Origin: Bacteroidota bacterium
Lineage (GTDB): Bacteria > Bacteroidota > Bacteroidia > Flavobacteriales > Weeksellaceae
DNA: 64,000 nucleotides
Assembly (NCBI GenBank): GCA_023399595.1
Contig: JAEWOR010000006.1
Location: 3,176 to 67,175, forward strand
Direction of reading: 5' to 3'
The notes below the pieces were generated by a model. That model ran no database searches, was not told the DNA's origin, and worked only from the letters and a program-made list of their open reading frames with translations. Each line of letters opens with the position of its first letter. Positions within the stretch are counted from its first letter, which is position 1. Shown piece after piece: positions 49,640 to 59,938 of this stretch. The translations under genes were made by a program, and so were the position numbers.

Positions 49640-50086
49640 TTATTTTTCTAACTCTTTAGCTACTTCTTTCAACACCTCAACCAAAGCAGATTTTGTTTGA
49701 TCGTTTTCTAAAACGTTTTTCAAAATTTTATTGGTTTTTAATTGTCTTAGAATTTTATTGTATTGCTCTTGCTCTACGCTAAGTTGTTTTAAATAGTTTG
49801 AATTTTGAGTGATGTTTTTTGGAGTGAAGTCTCCCAGATTTTGGAATCTGAATTCTTCATCTACAATATTACCCTCTTCTGTTTCGTGAGAAACATTAAT
49901 AGCTGGTTGATAATGACGGAATACGTCTTCTACGGTTTTAAGGCCTTTTACAATTTCTGGAACAAATGGTTCTTCCGCGGTAAGCTTGCTTACCAAAAGG
50001 GTTCTATTTTCTTGTATCTCTTGAATTGCTTCATTGGCGTCAACCTTTATCTCATTGCCTCCAACGCCATAATTAAACATTGCCAT
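49640..50086 (-). CDS. tssB: T6SS-iii contractile sheath small subunit
   Basis: YGVGGNE..VDANEAI.EI..NRTL..KLT, EFRFQNLGDF. Directly upstream of tssC. Confidence 0.88.
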   Translation of the reverse strand: MAMFNYGVGGNEIKVDANEAIQEIQENRTLLVSKLTAEEPFVPEIVKGLKTVEDVFRHYQPAINVSHETEEGNIVDEEFRFQNLGDFTPKNITQNSNYLKQLSVEQEQYNKILRQLKTNKILKNVLENDQTKSALVEVLKEVAKELEK

Positions 50087-50211
50087 AATAATCTATTTTA
50101 ATATTTATGTTTTACTTTAGTTTATTTCTTAAAAATATAAAAAAATTAAGGTTCTACAAAATTGATTATGAATATTTTATAAAACTTAATATTGATGTAA
50201 ACATTGTGTTT

Positions 50212-51357
50212 TTAGTCGATTACGCTCCATCCTTTTTTAGGATCAATATTCGATTTTACTTGTTGTTCGTTAACAATAATACTTTCTTTTCTTTGACCAA
50301 TATAATCTAGTTCACTAAGCTTTCCAAAGATTACCTCTAAACTCTTCAACATTTGACCAATGTTAAAGAAAGCTTCACCAGCATTATGATGATCATAATT
50401 AATTTCCGCCACTGTAGTAAGTTGGTTCAATAAGGTATGAGGTGCAACTTCACTCCACTCTAAGCTATAGTTCAGCATTTCTTCTAACTCTGATGAAACC
50501 ATTAATTGGGTGTCGTTATAAAGCTTAAGTGCAAGTCTCGCAAAAATATCCACTAAGAATATGGGCGGTTGATGCATAACAACATTTCTAAATCTAAAAT
50601 AATTATCGCCTATATTATCAATTAAAGTTTTACAAAGTGTTTTCACATTGTGCGCTAACGCAGTGTTCTGATTTTTATGAGCTGTTTTTTGAATAATTTT
50701 ATAGGTAAATTGTCTTAAATTACTCAAAGAAGTATTATAGGAATTATAATATTCTACTAATTTCGGATGGCTTTCCACTGAAGCGCATGGCGGAATAAAA
50801 TTGGGATCTATTTGTGCAATATTAGAGATAATACTCACTTTCCCTAACACTAAGTAATTACCTCCAGAATAACTGCTATTTAGAATAGCTGTATTTACCA
50901 ATTCTATTTTGTAGTTGGGTTTTCCGTAAGGATGTCTTGGAGGGATTTCTTCAGAATCTATTTCTCCAAACGGAACTTTATCGAACGGATTTACAGAAGC
51001 AAGAACATAATATTCACCATCTGTTTCGTCTGTTGAACTTCCCGAAGATTTTGATAAAGAACGTACATTAACCTTATAATCGCTCAATTCTATTCTGTAA
51101 CCCGCTAAAGTGATGGCTGCACATTTTTTAATAACCAGCTCTGCGTCGTTGGTTGCTGTGTTATAAATCTCGTAAATGGTTTTATCCGTATGCGAATCTG
51201 CATTAGGCAAAATACCATAATTGAAATTATTAATTTGCAAAGAATTAGAATCCCTAATAGAGTCAATTACAAAATTATCTTGTTCTATAAGGTGTTGCTG
51301 CGAGATTTTCATCCCATCTACCCAGTTTACTGGATAATGCTTTATTGGTTGTATCAT
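50212..51357 (-). CDS. tssK: T6SS-iii baseplate protein TssK-like
   Basis: PVNWVDGMKI, NYGILP, EIPPRHP, FIPPC; locus context. Confidence 0.75.
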   Translation of the reverse strand: MIQPIKHYPVNWVDGMKISQQHLIEQDNFVIDSIRDSNSLQINNFNYGILPNADSHTDKTIYEIYNTATNDAELVIKKCAAITLAGYRIELSDYKVNVRSLSKSSGSSTDETDGEYYVLASVNPFDKVPFGEIDSEEIPPRHPYGKPNYKIELVNTAILNSSYSGGNYLVLGKVSIISNIAQIDPNFIPPCASVESHPKLVEYYNSYNTSLSNLRQFTYKIIQKTAHKNQNTALAHNVKTLCKTLIDNIGDNYFRFRNVVMHQPPIFLVDIFARLALKLYNDTQLMVSSELEEMLNYSLEWSEVAPHTLLNQLTTVAEINYDHHNAGEAFFNIGQMLKSLEVIFGKLSELDYIGQRKESIIVNEQQVKSNIDPKKGWSVID

Positions 51358-51368
51358 AAATGTTTTTT

Positions 51369-52274
51369 TTAAGAAATATTATTTACTCTCCCTTCCTCTT
51401 GGTGACGAATTACTCTTTTACAAATGATTACTTGGTTTTCTGTAATATCATTTGCAGTAATGTCATTTTCAAAATCTATATATTTTCTCATGCTGAAAAA
51501 AGATTTTTTGACATAGAATATCCAATAGTAAGGCTCATTTCCAGAATCAATTAAATCTATGGTTCCATTAGGATTTTTATGGTTATAATCATCTACCACT
51601 CTATAAAACCAATCTCCAAAACTAACACCCGTAGGTAAGGTTTTGGCTTTTATTAAAAAGCGCTGACTGTCTTCTACTTTTTTACTTAATTCTACATTCA
51701 GAACCATTAATCTATCAAAATCTACCCCTTCAAAATTAAATGGTTTTTTATCAGGATCAAATTGCCATGTTTTATAAATATCAAACGGAATACTAATAAA
51801 TTGAATATAACAATAATAAAATATTAGCGGAATGGTAAATGCAAGCATACTACTTGCCGACCAATATTCATTGCCCAATCCCATACTTATCCATCGGAAA
51901 ATAAGAACATACAAAAAACCACCGAACAAAATACATGTTAAGGTAAGGATGCTCTCCAATAGAATGGACATCCCCAAGCTTTTAATATGTTGTCTGAAAT
52001 ATTTATGCAATAAATTAACATGAATAATCCCTAAACAAAGGAATATTACTTGAGAGATTAAATACCAATAAGGATTAAAAGTATTTTGAGCAAAACCAAA
52101 GAATCCTAAAACCGATAAAGACAAACCTCCTAGTAAAACGTAAATAATGATGTGTTTCAGCTTAATTGCTGGTTTGTTTTTCCTAATTAAATTCATAATA
52201 AATATTAACACCAACATCATTAATGGCATTAATATATATCTAAAAAAAACTGTTTTAATAGAGGATACCTCCAT
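51369..52274 (-). CDS. tssN: T6SS-iii inner-membrane protein TssN
   Basis: About 5 N-terminal TM helices, then FGDWFY..VDDYN..NP soluble domain. Confidence 0.8.
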   Translation of the reverse strand: MEVSSIKTVFFRYILMPLMMLVLIFIMNLIRKNKPAIKLKHIIIYVLLGGLSLSVLGFFGFAQNTFNPYWYLISQVIFLCLGIIHVNLLHKYFRQHIKSLGMSILLESILTLTCILFGGFLYVLIFRWISMGLGNEYWSASSMLAFTIPLIFYYCYIQFISIPFDIYKTWQFDPDKKPFNFEGVDFDRLMVLNVELSKKVEDSQRFLIKAKTLPTGVSFGDWFYRVVDDYNHKNPNGTIDLIDSGNEPYYWIFYVKKSFFSMRKYIDFENDITANDITENQVIICKRVIRHQEEGRVNNIS

Positions 52275-52315
52275 AATTTTATTACTTGAGTTGAGTTGTT
52301 AAATTTAATAATTTT

Positions 52316-53275
52316 TTAAATAAAAGTGGTATATCCCAATCTGCTAGAATTACTTGATTTATCTAAAACAAATGATGTTTTTTCCTTTACGGTGATAAAG
52401 TTTTCATAAATTTTAACCGATATAGGCATTAAATATTCATAAATACTTTGCAGTAAATCTCTGTAAGGATGTCCAGAAACATATTGATACACTCTATGAG
52501 ATGGAATAGGTCCAATATTCACTGTCCAATTTCTTTCTCCATCCATATGTTTTCCGCTTGGGATAAATGTTAGTCCCAATTTGGTATTCCCCAACAAGCT
52601 TATTCCTTGTTTATCATCATCACCATCTACAACATTTGGAGTAAATTCAATATTTACAGGAACGTGATTGAATGCAGTTAAAAATCTTTCAATCCATTCT
52701 TTATTACCTCTTACTTCATGTAAAAATGGAAGAATGTAGAAAAAAGTTTTTGCTGTTTTCGAATCGAGTTTTCTTAATAGTGGCCAAAGTTCCGAAACGA
52801 TATTGATAATGCTCCCCGATTGGTCTCTAACGTCAAATTCTGTTTCTTTTAATAAAGCTGCTACTTCAGTATAAAAAAACTCTAGTTCAAATGGTTGAAA
52901 AAAATTCCTTGCATCCTCCTCTATTTCCTTTTGTTTTTTTATTTCAGCAACAACTTTTTCAATATTTTTATTGCTTCCTCCCAAAGAAGGAGGGTGAAAT
53001 AAAGCTTCAGGAAGATAATCGTAGATGCTTTCTCTGTAAGTTTCAATTACAATAGTTTCATCATCGAGACCAAAATAAGTAGATTTTATAGTTTTAATAT
53101 CCTTAAGGTAGGGTCTTTCATTAATTCCAACCCGTTTGATGAAGATATTTGCGTTAGCATTGTAAAACTTCAATAGATTACTTGCAACGGCCTCCACTTT
53201 ATAATCAGTATGAAGCTTGTTGTATTCTTTTTCAGAAATTTGCTCAATATTATCGTATACCATCTCCATATGCAC
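52316..53275 (-). CDS. tssG: T6SS baseplate subunit TssG
   Basis: RESIYDYLPEALFH, ARNFFQPFELEFF, LGYTTFI. Confidence 0.82.
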   Translation of the reverse strand: MHMEMVYDNIEQISEKEYNKLHTDYKVEAVASNLLKFYNANANIFIKRVGINERPYLKDIKTIKSTYFGLDDETIVIETYRESIYDYLPEALFHPPSLGGSNKNIEKVVAEIKKQKEIEEDARNFFQPFELEFFYTEVAALLKETEFDVRDQSGSIINIVSELWPLLRKLDSKTAKTFFYILPFLHEVRGNKEWIERFLTAFNHVPVNIEFTPNVVDGDDDKQGISLLGNTKLGLTFIPSGKHMDGERNWTVNIGPIPSHRVYQYVSGHPYRDLLQSIYEYLMPISVKIYENFITVKEKTSFVLDKSSNSSRLGYTTFI

Positions 53276-55128
53276 TAAAATTCTGAAATGCTTACACGAT
53301 ACTCAACCCCATCTACAGCCTTCTGTTTAATATTGTTTTTTAAAACCTCCGCGTGGTTATCCCAATATTTTTTACCATAGAATGCGTAATTATGAGGAGT
53401 TATTTCCACATCCACCGTTCGTATAAAACCTTCTTTAGGTTTATCACTAATCATGGTGCCGCGTTTTACATTAATCTTTTTAAGCTCGTCTCTTAAAATC
53501 ATTTTACAGAAGTTTTTTACATCCTCCATGGATACAATTTTATCCCTAGTCGTAAGAGCGTACTGATAAGCCTGAATGGTGTCCCCTCTTTTCTGTTCCT
53601 CTTGTCCTCCCCCAGTTTCGGTAAGCAACATAATTTTCTGTTGTTTCTTTTGCGAATTGAGTTCTGTTCCTGGACGAACATTATTAGCCAATGAACAATG
53701 AGACACCCAGAACGCAGCAAATGTATGCGCCGTCCCTTCAAGAGGCTCAATAATTACATAGTTTACTTCTTCTTTAAGTTCTTGGTTGGCTATTTCTACT
53801 TTCTTCATTAAGCCTTTCATCTTCTCAGAAATCTCACCTAAAACATCTTTTACTTTATCACGGTTTAGAATAGAAAATGCTGCCACTTCATCTCTTAAAA
53901 GTTCCATTACAGTAGCCATCATATCTATAGCATTTCTCTGCGTAAATCTTTCCATTCCCCCTTTTCTTACCGTGTACAAACCTTTTTCGAGGTCATTTGT
54001 TGGTGTAAAAGGTATTTCTTGATATCTTTTTCCTAACTCATCAGCTACTTCTTCCACATATAAGAAATACTCGTCATCTGTTGTATCTAAAGGAATATTA
54101 TTCCCCATAATATCAAGGTTATACTCCGTTTTTTTCCAACCTCTATTATAAACTGGAAAAGCATTGAGCACAAAAAGGAAATTCTCCAAAATTTCAGCAG
54201 TAAATTGGGGTGGAAACTCAAAAGTTAACCACAAAATTTTTTTTCCTTTATATTGTTCGAATACGGAACCAGAATTCATGAACTCTTCAGGTAATTTATC
54301 CAAATTTTTTAGCATGTTGGGATAAATCCCAGCAACTTCAACAAATCTCTTTTGATAAATATTCTTGATGTCTTCAGTTACTTTATACCTTACCGATTGT
54401 TCCCAAAAAATTCTTTCATATCCGGATTCAACCTCCACTTCTTCGTAAGTTTTACCTCCTGAAACCTGCAATGGTATTCCATCGCAATAAACATTGATAT
54501 AGGGTAAAAGTCTATAAACAAAATCAATATGTTCATAGGTCGGGTTTGAACAATAGAAATTTAAACTTTCAGGGAATAATTCAGAAGAATAATTCGATAC
54601 ATCAATTCCAACTTTTATTTTTCTATAATTCTCTATTTTGCTTTCTATTCTACTAATAGGAAACTTATTCAGTTGCTCATCTATGCTATATACTGTATTT
54701 CCTGCAACCATTAAGATGGTTTGTGCTTTAACCAGCTGAACATTATCAATAGGTGTAAACGGGATTTCCAACTGTTTGTCAGATTGTGTTTTTCTTAAAG
54801 AATTCATGTTCTTTTTAATGAAAAACTCAGAATGTTCCATTAAAACCTCTCTGTCTTCCTCAGCATTGCAGAAGGCTATTCCGTGAGCAGGATTGGGATG
54901 AGTATATCGTGAAGGTGTTAATTGTTTAGCTAATTTCTCTAAAATTCTCCCATTGATACTTTGTATTTCATTATTGGCTTTAAAAACCTCTGTACTAAAA
55001 GCATCCACAAGAAGTTTTACTAGCGGATCTAGAGATTGCGTATTTTTAACACCCCAAAGCTTTGTAGCATTTTGCAACATCCTCGCTTTAATAGATTCTT
55101 TTGAATAAGATTGTTGATATAAATTCAT
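53275..55128 (-). CDS. tssF: T6SS baseplate subunit TssF
   Basis: IKARMLQNA.KLWG, DPLVKLL, LNAFPVYNR, YALTTRDKIV..EDVKNFC. Confidence 0.85.
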   Translation of the reverse strand: MNLYQQSYSKESIKARMLQNATKLWGVKNTQSLDPLVKLLVDAFSTEVFKANNEIQSINGRILEKLAKQLTPSRYTHPNPAHGIAFCNAEEDREVLMEHSEFFIKKNMNSLRKTQSDKQLEIPFTPIDNVQLVKAQTILMVAGNTVYSIDEQLNKFPISRIESKIENYRKIKVGIDVSNYSSELFPESLNFYCSNPTYEHIDFVYRLLPYINVYCDGIPLQVSGGKTYEEVEVESGYERIFWEQSVRYKVTEDIKNIYQKRFVEVAGIYPNMLKNLDKLPEEFMNSGSVFEQYKGKKILWLTFEFPPQFTAEILENFLFVLNAFPVYNRGWKKTEYNLDIMGNNIPLDTTDDEYFLYVEEVADELGKRYQEIPFTPTNDLEKGLYTVRKGGMERFTQRNAIDMMATVMELLRDEVAAFSILNRDKVKDVLGEISEKMKGLMKKVEIANQELKEEVNYVIIEPLEGTAHTFAAFWVSHCSLANNVRPGTELNSQKKQQKIMLLTETGGGQEEQKRGDTIQAYQYALTTRDKIVSMEDVKNFCKMILRDELKKINVKRGTMISDKPKEGFIRTVDVEITPHNYAFYGKKYWDNHAEVLKNNIKQKAVDGVEYRVSISEF

Positions 55129-55139
55129 TGTTATGGGTG

Positions 55140-55580
55140 TTAATCAATAGACATAGGACTTAGGAATAATTCTGTAGAAAAATTAAAATTTTCACCAGTA
55201 GATTCCATTTTTGCGTTTATTGCAATTTTCACTTTCTTTTTCACCTCACTAAAACCTCTGGTTTCGTAGCCGTGTTCTACAAAGGTAACATACGCTTCCA
55301 CTTTTGCATTTACAATACGAGGTTCGTAGTCTGCAATCTGTTTTTTTAGGCTATTTATAAAAATATTTTCCCATAAAGTTGTGGTAACTCCATTATCGAA
55401 TTCCAAATTCCATACTTCATTACCATAATTTTCATCATATCTGTTTTCACCTTGCTTTGTAACAATAAGCAACATGATATTTTGTGCTATACTCTCGCCA
55501 ACTTCACAGGTTTCAATATGTCCATTTGTAGACATCATTGTTGTGGGTTGGAATGGTATTCTATAATTTATATTGTCCAT
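55140..55580 (-). CDS. tssE: T6SS baseplate TssE (GPW/gp25 family)
   Basis: SIAQNIMLLI.T..GENRYD..YG..VW, YEPRI. ATG start at 55580. Confidence 0.85.
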   Translation of the reverse strand: MDNINYRIPFQPTTMMSTNGHIETCEVGESIAQNIMLLIVTKQGENRYDENYGNEVWNLEFDNGVTTTLWENIFINSLKKQIADYEPRIVNAKVEAYVTFVEHGYETRGFSEVKKKVKIAINAKMESTGENFNFSTELFLSPMSID

Positions 55581-55663
55581 TTTTTTCAAATTGTGCTTAT
55601 CCAAAAAGACAGTATTGTCTCAAAAATAGCAGGAACTGTTTTAATGAATAGAAATCCTGTTGA

Positions 55664-56518
55664 CTAATTTGTAGATCTTAAGGACTCAGTTAATATTTTA
55701 TTTTTATTGAGTAAAAAAGTAACCATTAAATCACTCGGAAGATAGAGTTTACTTTCGCCATTCATATCTAAATCTTGAGCAATACCAGGGTTCCAAGACA
55801 ATAGTTTTGTAGAACTAATATCCAAAAACTTCGCAATAACATCTAAACTATAAGCTCCTTCTAAATCTGTTTCTGTAAGGTTCTGCGGAATTTGTCCTGA
55901 TTTACCACCGAAGCTTCTTTTAAGAGCCAATTTTGAGCTATGATAATCATTCAAAACTTCATTCAGCTCACCACTTGCATAACAAGCATTCAAATATTTC
56001 TGAACATGATTTATAGTTTCGTTAGGAAGATATTTATAAAACTCATCATATTTATTAGAGCCTGCACGTTGTACCGCCTTCTGAATATTACCATCTCCAC
56101 AATTATAAGCAGCAACAACAGTTACCCAGTTTTTATGCTTATTGTAGAGATTAGCCAAAGAAACAGCGGCCGTATGTGTACTTTTATATATATCTGCACG
56201 TTCACTTTCAGTAAGACCATAATCGTTGGCGTGTCCCGTCATAAATTGCCACATCCCTTTTGCTCCAGCGGAAGATATTACAGACTCGTTAAAACCAGAC
56301 TCAATGAGAGCTAAATTTTTAAGATGTTTGGGTAATCCTTTTTTTCTAAAAGTTTGCTCTATAAATCTAACAACGTCTCTATTATTTCTAATAATACTCT
56401 GATAACGCTGAACACTTTTTGCAGAAGTATCAGAAGCGCCCAATTGTGCATTCATTGTACTACTACAAGTAAACATCACTACTGGTATCATTATCTTCGT
56501 AAGCATTTCTTTCAACAT
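55664..56518 (-). CDS. Lytic transglycosylase (SLT domain, MltD-like) with degenerate LysM-like tail
   Basis: LALIESGF, SSAGAKGMWQF, AAYNCG, ETINHV; C-terminal LLSWNP; signal peptide. Confidence 0.88.
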   Translation of the reverse strand: MLKEMLTKIMIPVVMFTCSSTMNAQLGASDTSAKSVQRYQSIIRNNRDVVRFIEQTFRKKGLPKHLKNLALIESGFNESVISSAGAKGMWQFMTGHANDYGLTESERADIYKSTHTAAVSLANLYNKHKNWVTVVAAYNCGDGNIQKAVQRAGSNKYDEFYKYLPNETINHVQKYLNACYASGELNEVLNDYHSSKLALKRSFGGKSGQIPQNLTETDLEGAYSLDVIAKFLDISSTKLLSWNPGIAQDLDMNGESKLYLPSDLMVTFLLNKNKILTESLRSTN

Positions 56519-56546
56519 GTGGTGTGTTTTAATTGAGTTTAAATAA

Positions 56547-59045
56547 TTATTTTTCAGAATCTGAAATGGTCCACTTTATTGTTTCTTCTTCAGAATTCCA
56601 ATCTACATTCATTGTTTGTCCAGCTTTTACTTCTTCCCGGACAATCATTTTAGATATTGGACGAGCCAATTGCGTTCTTATTACTCCCGATATTTGCCTT
56701 GCTCCATATTTACTGCTAAAGCCGTTTCTCGCAAGGTTTTTACTTGCTTCATCGCTAATTTTCAAATCCATCCCCATTCTTGATAATGAATTAAGCAAAG
56801 CTTTTAATTGAATTTTAAAAATTCGTTCTGCCATGTCCTCTGTAATTGGCGCAAAAGGAATAATCTCGGTAATTCTTGCTAAAAACTCGGGACGGAATCT
56901 TCCTGAGTCTGTCATAATCTTCATTAAAGCGGAAGATTGAGGTATTTCACCTGCTTCGAATTTTTTCACAATCTCCTCGCTACCAATGTTTGAGGTGAAG
57001 AGAATTAAAGAATTACTAAAATCTCCTTCTTTTCCTAATTTATCATGAACTTTTCCTTCGTCCATAATTTGTAAGAAGACATCAAAAACAGAACTGTGTG
57101 CTTTTTCAATTTCATCAAATAAAACCACTGCATAAGGTTGCTGACGAATTTTATTCACCAACATTCCTCCTTCCTCATATCCCACATATCCTGGAGGCGC
57201 ACCATATAATAACGCTGCAGAATGCTCTTCTTTAAACTCCGACATATCAAAACGAATCATCGATTTTTCATCGTTAAATAACAACTCCGCCATTGATTTT
57301 GCCAATTCCGTTTTCCCCGTTCCAGTAGGTCCTAGCAAGAAGAATGAACCAATAGGCTGTCCTGGTTTGTTCAATCCACTTCGGTTTTCAACAATAGCAT
57401 CTGAAAGAATTTTTAGTGCATGGTCTTGTCCCACAACCCTTCCCATGAGCAAAGACTCCATATTCAAAAGTTTTTCTTTCTCCTGAGCTTGAATTTTTCC
57501 GATTGGAATTCCTGTTTTCGCTGCCATAACCGCAGCAAGCTCAAGCTTACCTACTTTTTCTCTTTTTACAGCAGCATGTTGAGTAAGTTCCTGAAATGTA
57601 GAATCAATCAGTTTAAGAATCTCCTCAACACTCATTGAATTATCAATTGTATGTTGCTCCGCTAAAGAACCCCAAAGAATTGGACTCAATTTATTTTGAA
57701 GCAAATTGAAATGCCAGATAAGTTCATCAACCTTATGTGAATCTTCAGTATATTCTTCATTTTTCAGTGTGTCGTAGCTTTCTTTCCACACCTCTAATCT
57801 AATTTCGGACAACTCGTCCAACATTTTAATAGACGCCATTGTTCTGTCCAACAAATCGATTGCTGAATCCGGTAATTTTTTACCTTTTGAATATCTTTTT
57901 GCAAGACGGATACAATCTGGAAGCGCATTTTTATCGACTTCAATACCATGATGTTTTTTATAGCCCTCTAAAAGCACCTCGATCATTTTTACGCAAGTAG
58001 CATCATCGGGCTCTTCCACTGTTAACACCTCAAACCTTCTATCAAAAGCTCTTTCTGGTTCAATTATTTTACGGTATTCTTCTTGAGTTGTTGCTCCGAT
58101 AACAGTGATTTCTCCACGTGCCAATTCAGGTTTCAAAAGATTAGCAACATTTCCTGCGTTTCCTTTTGGATCTAAAAGTGAATGAATTTCATCAATGAAT
58201 AAAACTGCTTTATTCATTTTTTTACATTCGTTGATTACTTTTTTCAAACGATCTTCAATTTCACCTTTATAAGAAGTTCCCGCCAGCATAGATCCTGTAT
58301 CCAGTTCTAACAGCGTTGCTTCCTTAAGCATGTCTGGAACATTTCCGTTCATGATTTCAATAGCAAAACCTTCAATAAGCGCTGTTTTACCTACTCCTGG
58401 CTCACCAACAATAATAACATTCGGTTTTGTTCTTCTACAAAGAATTTCAACCAACATTCTCAATTCTTTATCTCTTCCTACAATATTATCTAATTTTCCT
58501 TGTCTTGCTTGAGCCGTTTTGTCAACGCAATAACTACTGATTGCAGGAAAACTTCCATTTGAATCAGAAGTTGTATTACCTAATAAAAAATCTTCGGTTG
58601 AGTTGATGATTGGCGAATCACCTTGAAAGAAATTAATAATTTCATGTTCCCTTAAAGGTAAAGATTTTAAATCTTGAACGGTATAAGCGACATTCGGTTT
58701 TACGATGCTTGTTAGAATACATATTGCCGTAACTTCATCTAAGCCTAATTTTAAACGAATTTCATCAGCTTCCTCAATTATTTTAGACACCTTCTCATCT
58801 TTCACTACTTCATCTGGCAAGTGTGCTCTTTTAGGATACTCTTCTATCCTTACATCTGCCCACTCATAAATATAACCAGGGTCTTTATCTAAAGCAATTA
58901 AGAACTCCTTAATTCCAATATCTTTATGCATTAAAGCCTGTAAAATATGTGGAGCTCCAAAGGTTGCGTTGTAGTTTTCCTTAGCAATAGATTGTGCAAT
59001 ATGAAACACCTGTTTTACAGTGTCATTACTAATTAATACACTCAT
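56547..59045 (-). CDS. tssH: T6SS AAA+ ATPase ClpV/TssH
   Basis: GEPGVGKT, LFIDEIH, GPTGTGKTE, GAPPGYVGY, FRPEFL, YGAR; inside the T6SS locus. Confidence 0.9.
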   Translation of the reverse strand: MSVLISNDTVKQVFHIAQSIAKENYNATFGAPHILQALMHKDIGIKEFLIALDKDPGYIYEWADVRIEEYPKRAHLPDEVVKDEKVSKIIEEADEIRLKLGLDEVTAICILTSIVKPNVAYTVQDLKSLPLREHEIINFFQGDSPIINSTEDFLLGNTTSDSNGSFPAISSYCVDKTAQARQGKLDNIVGRDKELRMLVEILCRRTKPNVIIVGEPGVGKTALIEGFAIEIMNGNVPDMLKEATLLELDTGSMLAGTSYKGEIEDRLKKVINECKKMNKAVLFIDEIHSLLDPKGNAGNVANLLKPELARGEITVIGATTQEEYRKIIEPERAFDRRFEVLTVEEPDDATCVKMIEVLLEGYKKHHGIEVDKNALPDCIRLAKRYSKGKKLPDSAIDLLDRTMASIKMLDELSEIRLEVWKESYDTLKNEEYTEDSHKVDELIWHFNLLQNKLSPILWGSLAEQHTIDNSMSVEEILKLIDSTFQELTQHAAVKREKVGKLELAAVMAAKTGIPIGKIQAQEKEKLLNMESLLMGRVVGQDHALKILSDAIVENRSGLNKPGQPIGSFFLLGPTGTGKTELAKSMAELLFNDEKSMIRFDMSEFKEEHSAALLYGAPPGYVGYEEGGMLVNKIRQQPYAVVLFDEIEKAHSSVFDVFLQIMDEGKVHDKLGKEGDFSNSLILFTSNIGSEEIVKKFEAGEIPQSSALMKIMTDSGRFRPEFLARITEIIPFAPITEDMAERIFKIQLKALLNSLSRMGMDLKISDEASKNLARNGFSSKYGARQISGVIRTQLARPISKMIVREEVKAGQTMNVDWNSEEETIKWTISDSEK

Positions 59046-59259
59046 AATTTTTTCTGTGTTTTGTTTTTTATCAAAAAAGGACTAGCAAATAACCTAACCC
59101 TTTGTTTCAAAACTACAATTTTTTTTGCAAATGATAATGAACTTAAACCATGTTTTTTCAGTCAAATAAAAAAAAGACACCAAATGGTGATTTATTAAAT
59201 ATATTTTTTCAAATATCATTTTTTTTTATACCTTAGACAAAATTTCTCAACACAATTTG

Positions 59260-59928
59260 ATGAATAATAAATCTAATGTAATCACTAGGTTTTCTATTGC
59301 TGAGAATGACTTTTATTTTAAACAATTTTTGGTAAAAATGCTGTCGGAGAATCCATTTTACAAGATTGTAAATGACTGTAACAATGGGAACGAACTGATT
59401 AACAGAATTTATAGAAAACAGGAAGATGTTTTTTTGATAAATCTTTTTATGCCTATACTTAGTGGTATTGAGGCAATAAAGTATATTCGAAAATTTAATT
59501 CCGAGACTCCTATCTTAACTTATTCTACGACTTACCAGGAAGATATGGCGAGACTGATAGATGAAATACCCAACACTTTTTACTGTCAAAAAAACAGCAT
59601 CATTATCAAGGAGTTACTACGCATGATAATAGAAAATTTTGGCAGTTACGAAGAGTATAAAAGAGAATGGGCGGAACAATCTTTAGCGGTTAAAGATTAT
59701 ATGGAGCGACAGAAAGAGGGTCAAAAAGATTTGACAGTTACTGAAATTCAAATCATTAAACTCTGTTATGAAGGATTTAGCAACAAAGAAATTGGTGAGC
59801 GAATAAATTTAAGCACAAGAACTATTGACACTTATATTAATAGACTTACAGAAAAACTAGAATTAAAAAGCAAATTGGACTTGGTAAGATTTTGTGTAGA
59901 ACAAGGTTATTACAACTCAAGCATTTAA
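59260..59928 (+). CDS. LuxR/NarL-type response regulator with atypical receiver
   Basis: C-terminal LT.TE..IIKL..EGFSNKEIGERINLSTRTIDTY HTH. Receiver reads VFLINLFMP (Asn at the phospho-Asp position). Confidence 0.85.
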   Translation: MNNKSNVITRFSIAENDFYFKQFLVKMLSENPFYKIVNDCNNGNELINRIYRKQEDVFLINLFMPILSGIEAIKYIRKFNSETPILTYSTTYQEDMARLIDEIPNTFYCQKNSIIIKELLRMIIENFGSYEEYKREWAEQSLAVKDYMERQKEGQKDLTVTEIQIIKLCYEGFSNKEIGERINLSTRTIDTYINRLTEKLELKSKLDLVRFCVEQGYYNSSI

Positions 59929-59938
59929 TATTGTAATT

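Noticed and set aside
49231..49659. 142-aa plus-strand ORF opposite tssC
   Set aside because: Antisense frame with Ser/Phe/Leu/Cys-rich shadow composition.
56547..59045. Housekeeping ClpB/ClpC
   Set aside because: Its position in the T6SS operon and divergent N-terminal and middle regions favour TssH/ClpV.
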